Made by a program: the position numbers and the translations under genes. The notes under the pieces are model-generated. The model was not told the DNA's origin. It made no database searches and saw nothing but the letters and a program-made list of their open reading frames with translations. From an uncultured virus (IMG/VR IMGVR_UViG_3300042691_003004) (taxonomy: Duplodnaviria > Heunggongvirae > Uroviricota > Caudoviricetes), in the IMG/VR virus record IMGVR_UViG_3300042691_003004: a DNA stretch of 64,000 nt, one strand, 5' to 3'. Positions 1 through 8,610 of this stretch are shown in pieces (the first letter of the stretch is position 1; each line of letters begins with the position of its first letter).

Positions 1-448
1 CGCTTTCTGACATATCCGCATTGAACGTGTTGTTCGTGGAATCAACCGTATCAGTAGCGGTCAACGCTTCTGTCAGGTCCACGTTGTACGTAGTTCCAGA
101 GGCGCTGTAGTCATCCCCTGCAACAAGGGTCTCGATAACTGTTTCAACCGCCACCTGTGTGGCGGATACCGCATCGATAGCGGTAACGGCCTCAGTGATC
201 GTCTCAACGACTACTTGCGTAGCAGATACTGCATCGGTTGCAGTAACTGTTTCGGTAATATCAGCGGCTAAAGCCTGCGTAGCAGATACTGCATCTGCTG
301 CGGTTACCGTTTCAGTAAGCGCCGCCGGGAGGGTGCTTACACCAACAACTGAATCGGTTGCGGTTACGCTTTCAGTAACCGTCTCAGAATACGTAGCTGA
401 AGCGAGGGCGGAGTACGGTACTTGTGCGTAGGTATCGGTGCCGAACAT
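1..448 (-). CDS. Repeat-rich tail/virion protein, N-terminal part (runs off left edge)
   Basis: Not in ORF track. ATG at 448 reads MFGTDTYAQVPYSALASATYSETVTESVTATD..., open to the edge; ~20-aa (60-bp) repeats TETVTAxDAVSATQ. Confidence 0.75.
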   Translation of the reverse strand, partial: MFGTDTYAQVPYSALASATYSETVTESVTATDSVVGVSTLPAALTETVTAADAVSATQALAADITETVTATDAVSATQVVVETITEAVTAIDAVSATQVAVETVIETLVAGDDYSASGTTYNVDLTEALTATDTVDSTNNTFNADMSES

Positions 449-468
449 GGCCCATCGCTTTCAGGTGT

Positions 469-942
469 TTAAGAGGGGCGGACCGGCAGATCAACCACCC
501 ATGGGAAGTTAGGTTTATTGGGAATATCACGCAGTGCTTGACGGTACTGCGCCCACTCAGCTTTCTTTTCAACCGTTAGCGCGGCGTCGGCAAGCTGCGT
601 CCAATCAGTCGTAGCAAGCAACGCGTTACGGTCATCCCGGCGCTGTTTAGCCAGTTTGGCCATCGTCTCATCACGAAGCGGCGTAGGCAGTTGCACCCAA
701 TCAACCTTCCAAACACCCCCATCTTCACGGGGTACGCTCATCTCGTAACGATAACCATCTTGCGGATATGGGGGCGCCACTACACGTACAAACCCATGCT
801 CGGCTAATTCAGCATCAGAACAAATATCCAGAGGTTTGTTTAACCCTGTGACTGGCCCTACCGCAGCGCTAAAAATAGGGGCGGAAGGTACACCGTCCGT
901 GAGTTTGCTGTAAAAAAATTGATTCATCATGTTTTTACCCAA
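469..942 (-). CDS. Tail fibre assembly chaperone
   Basis: C-terminal RNALLATTDWTQLADA...WAQYRQALRDIP..FPW signature; directly follows a fibre gene. Confidence 0.8.
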   Translation of the reverse strand: MGKNMMNQFFYSKLTDGVPSAPIFSAAVGPVTGLNKPLDICSDAELAEHGFVRVVAPPYPQDGYRYEMSVPREDGGVWKVDWVQLPTPLRDETMAKLAKQRRDDRNALLATTDWTQLADAALTVEKKAEWAQYRQALRDIPNKPNFPWVVDLPVRPS

Positions 943-2535
943 TCAAGTGTACGTGTACCAAAATACCCAACCAACCCACGTACTTCCCGGGAAGGTTATC
1001 AATCCGTTTGTGTAATTTCGTAAATTATCAACCCCTGTAGCGTCATAATCAATAGCAAATATAGACGCCCCCCAAAAGGGATCGTAAAGGGTATCCATTA
1101 TGGTTGCGCCAGCAGGGGCGGTAGAAGTAGATGTAATATCGGGGCCATACCACGCGTACACTAAAGCGTGGCCTTTCCATGACGAAGGATTACCAAGTGG
1201 CGGGAAACCCCCTACAAATGGTGAATTCGTAAAAGTATTGCTGCTCAATGTTGGAAGATACGCACTAGAGTTAGCGTCAGCAGCAAGGTTGAATGTAAAC
1301 GCAGTTGCGTATCCGTTTGCCGGGGCTATATTATTTAGGCTGACCGGCGACGATGTAGTTGGCCAATCAAGCCCACCTAACGCATACCTATTACCAACAT
1401 AGGTAGTAGTTCCAAATCCATTCCAAGGACCCCCCGGCGAAGGTGGCCCCCATGGCTGATTTAGAGACGCATAAATAAATAGAGATTCACCTGATGTTGC
1501 GGTTGAAGTCCATGCCGCTGGTAAATCAATAGTTTCAGGGCCGGAATTGGTCATTAATTTTAATGACCACCAACCACCACCCCCACCACCAGCGCTAATT
1601 GTTACGACTCCAGTACCACCAGCAGGACTGATTGAGATGCCAGTACCCGCAATAATTTGCGTTACCCCACCACCGCCGCCGATAGGGTCCCATCCAGTAC
1701 CGTTAAAACGATAAAACTTAGGAGTAGCGGTTTCTGCGTCACCAAGGACAATCGCCCCGGGATGCACGGGTAGGGTGGTCCCACCAAACGGTATCTGATC
1801 CCAATACGTAAATGAAGGGACGCCAGTAAACCCAACAAATGTAGTATTACTTAGCGGATAAGTGTTAGTCGTCGTAGTGGGGAAACCACTATTTGTTTGA
1901 ATGCTAGTAATTCGTCTTGATCCACCCCAATATCCATTAGAAACAACCTCAGATTTAGTAAATGAACTTGCGCTATATGTACCTGAGGCGTACATACTTA
2001 CTTCTGCTTGGTAATTAGGATTTCCGCCACTGTTTAACTGAAGGAACCGTGTAAAATATCCATTCGTTTCACTTGGGTCATATGGCGTTTGTTGGCTGGT
2101 AAAAGTATCTGTGTAATTGCCACCCGGAGCAAAAGCAGAAGCAAACCCTCGGGTAAATAGATTTGTAAAACCAGTATTTGTTTGTTCGTACGCTGTCGCA
2201 TCAAAATAATACGTGCCAGAATACGGAGTAAGTTGTTTAGTACCGGGCTGTGTAATAAATACGTCTTTCGTACCCGCACTAAAATTTATTAGGCTAGTGC
2301 CAGAAGAAGAACTATAAACTTGATCGCGTGTAAGTGTAGTCGCCCCAGTAAGGGTGCCAATACCTACTTCCCACTCATTGGCGGTTCGATGAACGATTGC
2401 GTAAAACGTCTGGTCATTTGTTGACAAGACGGAACTGAACGTACGAAACCCGGTAGACGTACCGGCAAGGGTAATATTACCCGTACCGGTAGTCGTGCTA
2501 GTTTCTTTTACGCGGTCATAGACGCCAAAAGCCAT
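943..2535 (-). CDS. Tail fibre / receptor-binding protein
   Basis: N-terminal DRVKETSTTTGTG module typical of phage tail proteins; Gly-rich linkers; T/S/G-rich distal part; followed by chaperone. Confidence 0.7.
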   Translation of the reverse strand: MAFGVYDRVKETSTTTGTGNITLAGTSTGFRTFSSVLSTNDQTFYAIVHRTANEWEVGIGTLTGATTLTRDQVYSSSSGTSLINFSAGTKDVFITQPGTKQLTPYSGTYYFDATAYEQTNTGFTNLFTRGFASAFAPGGNYTDTFTSQQTPYDPSETNGYFTRFLQLNSGGNPNYQAEVSMYASGTYSASSFTKSEVVSNGYWGGSRRITSIQTNSGFPTTTTNTYPLSNTTFVGFTGVPSFTYWDQIPFGGTTLPVHPGAIVLGDAETATPKFYRFNGTGWDPIGGGGGVTQIIAGTGISISPAGGTGVVTISAGGGGGGWWSLKLMTNSGPETIDLPAAWTSTATSGESLFIYASLNQPWGPPSPGGPWNGFGTTTYVGNRYALGGLDWPTTSSPVSLNNIAPANGYATAFTFNLAADANSSAYLPTLSSNTFTNSPFVGGFPPLGNPSSWKGHALVYAWYGPDITSTSTAPAGATIMDTLYDPFWGASIFAIDYDATGVDNLRNYTNGLITFPGSTWVGWVFWYTYT

Positions 2536-2538
2536 GAA

Positions 2539-2718
2539 TTACGCTCCGACCAGTTCGTCTTCCTTGAACCAGCGTTGATGCACTTCACCAGCGGCATCGG
2601 TGTATTCCACGAGATACTGAATGTTGCCCTCTTGGTCCACGTCCAACTGCTTGACTTGCCCTTGAGGGGGGGCCACGTTCAGCTTGACTTGGGCACCGGG
2701 TTTGAAATTTGCGGCCAT
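2539..2718 (-). CDS. Small hypothetical protein (59 aa, MAANFKPGAQV...WFKEDELVGA)
   Basis: Below ORF-track cutoff; AAGGAGA RBS; fills the gap in the operon. Confidence 0.7.
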   Translation of the reverse strand: MAANFKPGAQVKLNVAPPQGQVKQLDVDQEGNIQYLVEYTDAAGEVHQRWFKEDELVGA

Positions 2719-2728
2719 GGGGTTCTCC

Positions 2729-3277
2729 TTAGACAGAGGCGGTGTAAGTGACGTTCAGCGTATCACCAGAAGCCACCGTACGGTTGCCGCCCGTGAAGTT
2801 ACCCGCTGAATACAGAATGCCAGTCGTGCCACCCTTGGTGTTGTTGCTGGTCATAAACGCGCCACCAATCGTGCCAGAAGCGTTGATGCTGAAGGCAGTA
2901 GCAGTAGTGGACTTGGAACCCGACGAGGCAGCATTCCAAGTTGGCGCAGGGCGCGTAGCAGCAGAGTAGCCGGTGTTCTCAGTCCAAGTACCATGCGACG
3001 CCATCGTATCGCCCGCAGAGTACGTACCGCCCGAGTTAATCAGGCCAAGGTACCACGTGGCCGTGTAGCTGGAACCAGTAAAGTACTTATCCAGCAGATC
3101 GTTTTTACCTACGGTGACCACCAGATTTTTGATCTGGTCAGACCACTTAAGTTGCCCATCAGCGTCAAAGCACTCAACGGTGTACACGCCGGAGATAGCA
3201 ATAGTTTCGGATTGACCCGCGTTCTGTGCAACAGCAACAGCAGCGGCGTCTTTGGCAGTGAGTTTTTCGGATTGCAT
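2729..3277 (-). CDS. Virion structural (tail-associated) protein
   Basis: NLVVTVGKNDLLD...GDTLNVTYT pattern; AAGGAG RBS; structural operon context. Confidence 0.6.
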   Translation of the reverse strand: MQSEKLTAKDAAAVAVAQNAGQSETIAISGVYTVECFDADGQLKWSDQIKNLVVTVGKNDLLDKYFTGSSYTATWYLGLINSGGTYSAGDTMASHGTWTENTGYSAATRPAPTWNAASSGSKSTTATAFSINASGTIGGAFMTSNNTKGGTTGILYSAGNFTGGNRTVASGDTLNVTYTASV

Positions 3278-3286
3278 GTGTGCTCC

Positions 3287-3700
3287 TTATGCAATGCGCA
3301 AGATTGCGCTGGTTGCGGTTGCGGGTGGAAATTCCACAGTGAAATTGGACATGGTTTTGTCAGACCCAAAATCCAAAACTAAAACCGCTGCGTCCGCCTG
3401 CGAAGCATTGTAAATTAACGCTCCGCGAGCGGTCAACGCAGCATTGAACACGGCGTCATCAAATGACACAAAAGCAATGCCATTGAGAACGCTTGGTGTT
3501 GGGTTTACGGTGAGGGCGATACCACCGGGCGTGTACCCGACCGCGACAATTTCACCGTTTGTTGTGTACGTCGTAGTGTTTGCCCCAATATCCGCAAAGG
3601 ACGTATACAGCGCCATTTTGAACGTGTTGGCGCTGAAGTTATGCACGCCGTTCAATAGCTGCTGCTTAAAGCTGGAGCAAAGCGTTTGGTAGATAGCCAT
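3287..3700 (-). CDS. Virion structural protein
   Basis: SFKQQLLNGVHNF...FKMALYT...GALIYN...VLDFGSDK pattern common in phage tail regions. Confidence 0.6.
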   Translation of the reverse strand: MAIYQTLCSSFKQQLLNGVHNFSANTFKMALYTSFADIGANTTTYTTNGEIVAVGYTPGGIALTVNPTPSVLNGIAFVSFDDAVFNAALTARGALIYNASQADAAVLVLDFGSDKTMSNFTVEFPPATATSAILRIA

Positions 3701-4350
3701 CAGGTCACCTTAATCCGTGCTTGGCCATCACGATACGCATCCATACGCTGCTTACCGTCACCCAGATTTTTGAGTAGCGCAATAGCTTGTACGTACAGTC
3801 TTTCGTAGTTCTGCACAATGTCAGTTTCACCCTTCATGAAGCGAATAGCTTCAACCAATGCGCCATTCAATAGCGCACTATCAAAGTTATCGCCCAGCCA
3901 CGTTTGCCCTGCGGTCACGATGGACTCAGGATAGTAGTAAAAGTGCAGTTCTACTGTGTACGCAGCGTTGGGTGTTGGCCCAAGAATGAACGACAATTCA
4001 TTGGGATCGTCTGAGCGCGGGCCAAAGATAGCGTAATGGCGTGGCAAACCAGCATCTGATGGACTAGGGTAGGCTTCACGAATGAAGTTGACATCCTTGT
4101 TCAGCAAATACTTGTACTCACCGTTGGGCTGCACAACCGCCAAAGAGTACACAGACAAAAAATCACCCGGCGCGGATAAGTACTTGTTACCCGAAGTCAG
4201 CGTACCCGTCATGTTCTTACGCAGGTTAGCCAACTGCACAGAGTTGTAAATTTTCTGTTCGGCCTGCTGGGTGAACATGGCAAGTTCACCCGATGTGAAT
4301 GTTGATTCACATATCGTTTGAATGTTGGCGCACAGATCGGTGTAGTTCAT
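3700..4350 (-). CDS. Head-tail adaptor / tail tubular protein A-like
   Basis: ~215 aa; PTP..AYTVELHFYYYP and ALLNGALVEA motifs; position in structural operon. Confidence 0.6.
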   Translation of the reverse strand: MNYTDLCANIQTICESTFTSGELAMFTQQAEQKIYNSVQLANLRKNMTGTLTSGNKYLSAPGDFLSVYSLAVVQPNGEYKYLLNKDVNFIREAYPSPSDAGLPRHYAIFGPRSDDPNELSFILGPTPNAAYTVELHFYYYPESIVTAGQTWLGDNFDSALLNGALVEAIRFMKGETDIVQNYERLYVQAIALLKNLGDGKQRMDAYRDGQARIKVT

Positions 4351-4359
4351 GACCGCCTC

Positions 4360-4554
4360 TTAGGCCATTGGCCCCCGGCACATAACGCCTTTGGTAGCCG
4401 CACCAGCGCCACGCATACGGATGCCGCTAGTCTTGGTCTCAGGATACGGATCGGCGCGTTTGTTACCCGCAACCGTACGTGTGTTCTTGAGGTCTTCCTT
4501 CACGGACTCAACGCCCGCTTCGGCCATCTTGAACGGTTTGATTTTTCCAGACAT
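4360..4554 (-). CDS. Small basic protein (likely start 4554, MSGKIKPF)
   Basis: ATG abuts the upstream stop; C-terminal MRGAGAATKG motif. Confidence 0.6.
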   Translation of the reverse strand: MSGKIKPFKMAEAGVESVKEDLKNTRTVAGNKRADPYPETKTSGIRMRGAGAATKGVMCRGPMA

Positions 4555-4555
4555 A

Positions 4556-4693
4556 TCAGCCCCCGCGCTTCTGAGCAGCAATCTTTGCAAGGTTGCGGCC
4601 CATAGTTTTCATATTTTCATTCGTCTTACCCGGGTTGCCCTTGGTGGGGCCTTTTTGAACCGGGACTGTTCCCTGAGCTTGTTTGGTCGCCAT
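4556..4693 (-). CDS. Small basic protein (45 aa, MATKQAQGTVPV...RNLAKIAAQKRGG)
   Basis: Below cutoff; AAGGAG RBS; tiles the operon. Confidence 0.6.
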   Translation of the reverse strand: MATKQAQGTVPVQKGPTKGNPGKTNENMKTMGRNLAKIAAQKRGG

Positions 4694-4703
4694 CTTTTAC
4701 TCC

Positions 4704-5093
4704 TTACGAAGATGTTACTGTGACTGTACCGACATACCCTATGGCCAACAAATTGTTGGGCGTCAGCGCAGTGTCGAACTCCCGTGCACCGCCCACTGGA
4801 GCCCAGCCCCACTGGATGTTGCGACTACCATCGCCAATCGATCCATCAGCCAACTGACCAGATTGACGATACGTATTATCAGGGCGCGGGTTTCGCAGTG
4901 CTTGCGGATCATCCACAGGATACATGCCCAACTGTAGCTGCGGTTGATCAGGTTCCCAGCACTCGTTACACACCAACATGTTCACCTGCTTCGTCTTTAT
5001 GATCAACGTGCGAAGCTCGCGCAGGCGAAAGCGAAAGCCACAGCGATCACAGATCGCAATGGCTATCTTGTTGGATGCGTAACGATTACCCAC
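4704..5093 (-). CDS. Zn-ribbon hypothetical protein
   Basis: CDRC...CNEC; DPQALRNPRPD. Confidence 0.6.
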   Translation of the reverse strand: MGNRYASNKIAIAICDRCGFRFRLRELRTLIIKTKQVNMLVCNECWEPDQPQLQLGMYPVDDPQALRNPRPDNTYRQSGQLADGSIGDGSRNIQWGWAPVGGAREFDTALTPNNLLAIGYVGTVTVTSS

Positions 5094-5803
5094 TACCCAC
5101 CCCCAATGTACGAACGGCGGGGTACAAAGCGCACGGCGGCCTTCTCGCGGTCTTCACCCGCTGCAAGGTTGAACTGCTCGTCATACGCTTCTTTAAGCAT
5201 CGGTACGCGGGGAGCTAGATCGGGGTCTTTCATGGCGATGTGATACGCCAGCCCAGCAACCAGACATGGTAAAAAACGAAAGTTCATGTCAGGCGTCTGC
5301 AATCCAGACCCTGCGTCCTGAATACGGCGCATGCGCCAGTATTTGAAGATGTAGTACGGCGACAGCAACGTGCCCTGATCAGGCACCGGCCATACGACAA
5401 TTTTTGGATTGTCACGCAAGCGACGTACCCACACCTGAATGGGGCGGGCTTGTTGGAGCTTGTTTGGGATGGTCGCGTACGTTGACGAACTAATACGTGT
5501 GATGGCTAAGTCGTACTGTGTGGACACATTACCCGCACCCGTGCGAATAACGTGGTCCATCAAATCAATTGTGTCCGCAGGAAGGTCGTACTCGGCCTGC
5601 CCCTGTGCAAGCGCTAACTGCCCTTCGTCAATCGTCCACATGTTGATGCCACGGTTCTGCCACTCAATGGTCATCAAGTTCATGGAACGACGCGCAGTGC
5701 GTAGGTCATAGCCAGAGCGCATTTCACGTCCGGCTCGCTCCCACGCTTCTTCGGCGACCTCGGTGAACTCAAGGTTGAAATCGTAAGTGCCCGAAGTGCT
5801 CAT
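5093..5803 (-). CDS. Second head-tail adaptor-like virion protein
   Basis: ARRSMNLMTIEWQNRG, WPVPD, RFLPCLVAGLAYHIA motifs; size and context. Confidence 0.55.
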   Translation of the reverse strand: MSTSGTYDFNLEFTEVAEEAWERAGREMRSGYDLRTARRSMNLMTIEWQNRGINMWTIDEGQLALAQGQAEYDLPADTIDLMDHVIRTGAGNVSTQYDLAITRISSSTYATIPNKLQQARPIQVWVRRLRDNPKIVVWPVPDQGTLLSPYYIFKYWRMRRIQDAGSGLQTPDMNFRFLPCLVAGLAYHIAMKDPDLAPRVPMLKEAYDEQFNLAAGEDREKAAVRFVPRRSYIGGG

Positions 5804-6037
5804 TTAGCGAAACCCCGCTGTTTTCTTGGCGATGCTCTTAGGCTGCGCTACAAATTGTTTGCCAGCTTTTTTACCCGCGCGTTTAGCCCGAGTAGTAGCT
5901 GCATACTCGGCGGGGGTCAAAGCCTTGATAGCGTTTTCGGGCAAATATCGCTCCCCCGTCTTGCTCGACGGCTTACCAGACTTTGTGCGCCACTTCTGGG
6001 CGGTCCAGTCTTTGAGCGATTGCTGCGGCGCTTTCAA
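5804..6037 (-). CDS. Small Lys-rich phage protein
   Basis: QSLKDWTAQKWRTKSGK...ERYLP; tiles the operon. Confidence 0.65.
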   Translation of the reverse strand: MKAPQQSLKDWTAQKWRTKSGKPSSKTGERYLPENAIKALTPAEYAATTRAKRAGKKAGKQFVAQPKSIAKKTAGFR

Positions 6038-6354
6038 TCCTTGTACCCCCCGCCCTTTTCTTTATACCGTTTGGCCAACAACTGCGCCTTACGGGCGCTC
6101 CATTGCCCTGCTGCGGTACCTTGCACGGCTTGCCCCTTGATCTGGTTGAACAAGGCTTTGCGCATGCCCGGTTTGGTGTAGTTACCAGCCGCGTTGACTT
6201 TACCGCCATCCGCAAACATGGTGAACGCATCGCCATCCTTACGGCGTGCAACCACCCCGTTGTTGTCGAATTTGTCACCATCCTTACGGCGCATGGTTTT
6301 ACCGCGAGGAATTTTGTCCTCGCGGATTGCTCCCATGCCTCTGCTGGCCATCAT
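6034..6354 (-). CDS. Small basic protein with FADGG motif
   Basis: NYTKPGMRKALF...GQWSARKAQLLAKRYKEKGGGY; overlapping start/stop codons. Confidence 0.65.
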   Translation of the reverse strand: MMASRGMGAIREDKIPRGKTMRRKDGDKFDNNGVVARRKDGDAFTMFADGGKVNAAGNYTKPGMRKALFNQIKGQAVQGTAAGQWSARKAQLLAKRYKEKGGGYKD

Positions 6355-6740
6355 ACAAACGTACCTTTGGTCTTACCTTTTTTGGCAATACCGTCACCAC
6401 GCTTAGAAGCAGTGCCTACACGCCCGCCCGAAGCGTATCCCTTGGGCTGCACTTTTCCACCACGTTTATATTTCCCTGACATTCTGTCAAAAATTTCACC
6501 GATGCCACCCGGTGATGTACCACTACCTTGGGAACTACCTAAACTACTTTGAATGTTATCTAGCGCGTTACCAATAGTTTTTGCGCCGCCACCCACCATG
6601 TCCAACCCACTACGGGCTGTACCTTGTTGAGAGCCGCCAATACCAATAGCTTTCCCGGGAGGCGGAACAGGCTCCCCGATACCCGGAACTTCTAACCCAG
6701 GAATACCGCCACCATCGGCAAATTTACGTTTGCGCTTCAT
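6351..6740 (-). CDS. Small Gly/Lys-rich protein with three xxxGG motifs
   Basis: FADGG, YKRGG, YASGG; C-terminal DGIAKKGKTKG. Confidence 0.65.
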   Translation of the reverse strand: MKRKRKFADGGGIPGLEVPGIGEPVPPPGKAIGIGGSQQGTARSGLDMVGGGAKTIGNALDNIQSSLGSSQGSGTSPGGIGEIFDRMSGKYKRGGKVQPKGYASGGRVGTASKRGDGIAKKGKTKGTFV

Positions 6741-6742
6741 AG

Positions 6743-7003
6743 TTACACCATTTTGCAGTTAGTTTTGCCCTTCTTGGCAATTCCATCAGCACGGGCGGAT
6801 ACGGAGCCACCTTTTTTCATAGCGGGCATACCCGGGGCTCCGGGCGGCGGGGTAACGTCACCAGCGCCTGCTTCGGGCGGCAGCGCAGGGCGTCTACGTA
6901 CAGGCATTGGCGGTTTTTTGGGAGCCATCCCGGGCTTCTTCGCGGGCATGGGGCGGTTCATGAGCATGTCTTCAGGCATGCCACCTTCAGCGTATTTTTT
7001 CAT
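6743..7003 (-). CDS. Small Pro/Lys-rich protein
   Basis: ATGA overlap with upstream stop; YAEGG, MKKGG, DGIAKKGKT. Confidence 0.65.
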   Translation of the reverse strand: MKKYAEGGMPEDMLMNRPMPAKKPGMAPKKPPMPVRRRPALPPEAGAGDVTPPPGAPGMPAMKKGGSVSARADGIAKKGKTNCKMV

Positions 7004-7443
7004 TTGCACATCCCGCCTTTCTTCATAACAACCTGATCAGCTTTGGTCTTGCCTTTTTTAGCAACACCGTCAGCAGCCTTACGGAATACCGACCCACCGG
7101 ACTTTAGGCCAGCGTGAGCTTTTGATGCGGGTTTAGCAGCGTGTTTGGCCAACGCTGCGGGCATACCACCACCAGCGTATCCACCCTTCTTCATACCCTT
7201 CATCTCAGCTTGCTCGTGCTTAATCATTGACTTAGGAGCGCCAGCCTTCTTCATGAAGCCGACCTCTTTTTTCATCATGGCTTTGGACTCTTTCATGTCA
7301 CCACCTTTTGCAAATTTGTGGCCCTTGTCGGCCTTCATGAACTCTTGCCCCACGGACTGTGAGACCCCGGCTTTCTTGGCAAACGCAGGGTTGTTAGCCA
7401 CTGCTGCCATGAAATTGTGCTGCTTTTTGCTAGTTGAGGGCAC
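7000..7443 (-). CDS. Small Lys/Met-rich protein
   Basis: MPSTSKKQHNFMAA; FAKGG, MKKGG, DGVAKKGKTK. Confidence 0.7.
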   Translation of the reverse strand: MPSTSKKQHNFMAAVANNPAFAKKAGVSQSVGQEFMKADKGHKFAKGGDMKESKAMMKKEVGFMKKAGAPKSMIKHEQAEMKGMKKGGYAGGGMPAALAKHAAKPASKAHAGLKSGGSVFRKAADGVAKKGKTKADQVVMKKGGMCK

Positions 7444-7678
7444 TGCGATGCTCCTTGATCAACGCATCAATCTTGTTGTCAAGGCGATCTAGCCGGTCCA
7501 TTACTCGCGCAAAATCGTGATGCACGTCCGCACGTGTGATGTATTCCTTGGCCATCTCCTCGCGTGTTCGATTGAGCAAAATTTGCAGTCGCTTTACTTC
7601 CTCCCAATGCGTCTTCATCGCCCACATAATGAGCGCTGAAACCAATGAAAGTATTGCGTTCCATATCGTCAATTCCAT
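7430..7678 (-). CDS. Membrane-anchored coiled-coil protein
   Basis: N-terminal hydrophobic segment followed by heptad RLDRLDNKID. Confidence 0.6.
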   Translation of the reverse strand: MELTIWNAILSLVSALIMWAMKTHWEEVKRLQILLNRTREEMAKEYITRADVHHDFARVMDRLDRLDNKIDALIKEHRSALN

Positions 7679-7686
7679 AGGCGACC

Positions 7687-7947
7687 TCAACAATTCCATG
7701 CTCTCAGGCTCTTGTTGATTCGGCTGTTGGGGTCCTTCTTAGCTTTCTCACCGGTCAGCTTTGCCTTCATCCCTGACATACGGGCGCAAAAGGACGCACG
7801 GCGTCCTGCATCAGCCTTAGTCTTGGGTTTGGGCGCGGGTGGTTTAAGGTTCATGCCCTGCGCTTTTGCAGAAGCACGCCCTTTGGCGTTGAGCCCACCT
7901 TTGGGGTTCTTACCTTCCGCCCGTTGCCATGCCGGTGATTTAGCCAT
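7687..7947 (-). CDS. Small basic phage protein
   Basis: GGLNAKGRAS...RRASFCARM...SLRAWNC. Confidence 0.7.
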   Translation of the reverse strand: MAKSPAWQRAEGKNPKGGLNAKGRASAKAQGMNLKPPAPKPKTKADAGRRASFCARMSGMKAKLTGEKAKKDPNSRINKSLRAWNC

Positions 7948-8224
7948 AAAACACCGTCACTTTCGCCGCAGCAGGTAACGTCACGTGAATATCCGTCTGA
8001 AACAAAATGCCCTGCCCGGGAATGATGTTGCCAAACGGATTATTTGTGTTTGCGGGAACATTAAATTGCAGACGGATAGGGCCTGATGCCCCACCATCGC
8101 GGAAGATAATATCGCCCGCTGTACCGCCTGAAAGGCACTGATAGCCCTTCAAACGGTAGCGACCAGACACAACAGTGCCCGTAGCTTCCGCATGCGCGGC
8201 TAGTACATCGGTTTGAATCGTCAT
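7940..8224 (-). CDS. Hypothetical virion protein
   Basis: Operon tiling; beta-rich sequence. Confidence 0.6.
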   Translation of the reverse strand: MTIQTDVLAAHAEATGTVVSGRYRLKGYQCLSGGTAGDIIFRDGGASGPIRLQFNVPANTNNPFGNIIPGQGILFQTDIHVTLPAAAKVTVFYG

Positions 8225-8236
8225 GACGGCCCCCGA

Positions 8237-8464
8237 TTAAACAGGAGTGACGGTCGACGCGTTGGAACCTTTCCAAACTGACGCAGCAAGAGCACCGGTC
8301 GCGGTGTAGATGATGCCGGTGGCCAGATCAACAACGCTCTTACCAACGAACTTATTGGTGGTGTTTACCGTTGCGGTAATGTCAGCGAGCGTCGCAGCCG
8401 TAGTGGCTGGAAACAGAAAGCCGTTGTCAGAGGCAACGGGTCCAGAAAACGTAGTGCGTGCCAT
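8237..8464 (-). CDS. Small virion (capsid-fibre-like) protein
   Basis: MARTTFSGPV.S.NGF N-terminus; GAGG RBS; follows MCP. Confidence 0.6.
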   Translation of the reverse strand: MARTTFSGPVASDNGFLFPATTAATLADITATVNTTNKFVGKSVVDLATGIIYTATGALAASVWKGSNASTVTPV

Positions 8465-8471
8465 TTTTAAG

Positions 8472-8550
8472 CCTCACATGCGAGTTGTAGTACATCTGTC
8501 TGCATGTCGTCAGCCGGGACTGTCAGATGTACCGGAAACCCCGGGATGTC
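8472..8550 (-). ncRNA. Candidate structured RNA (double pseudoknot) in 5' leader of 8237-8464
   Basis: 9-bp stem GUACAUCUG/CAGAUGUAC plus two 6-bp pairings from its loop (CCGGGG/UCCCGG; ACAUGC/GCAUGU). Confidence 0.55.
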
Positions 8551-8573
8551 TTGAATATACTCTACCTGCGGTT

Positions 8574-8604
8574 AAAGAAAAAGGGGCCGTAGCCCCTTTT
8601 TCTT
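8574..8604 (-). terminator. Intrinsic terminator after major capsid gene
   Basis: GGGGC-TACG-GCCCC followed by TTTTTCTTT; symmetrical A/T flanks. Confidence 0.8.
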
Positions 8605-8610
8605 CGCCCA

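Noticed and set aside
943..2535. Diversity-generating retroelement or invertible tail-fibre switch
   Set aside because: No reverse transcriptase, invertase or template-repeat copy recognised.
8476..8515. Hammerhead ribozyme (CUGACGA present on - strand)
   Set aside because: The required GAAA after stem II is missing.
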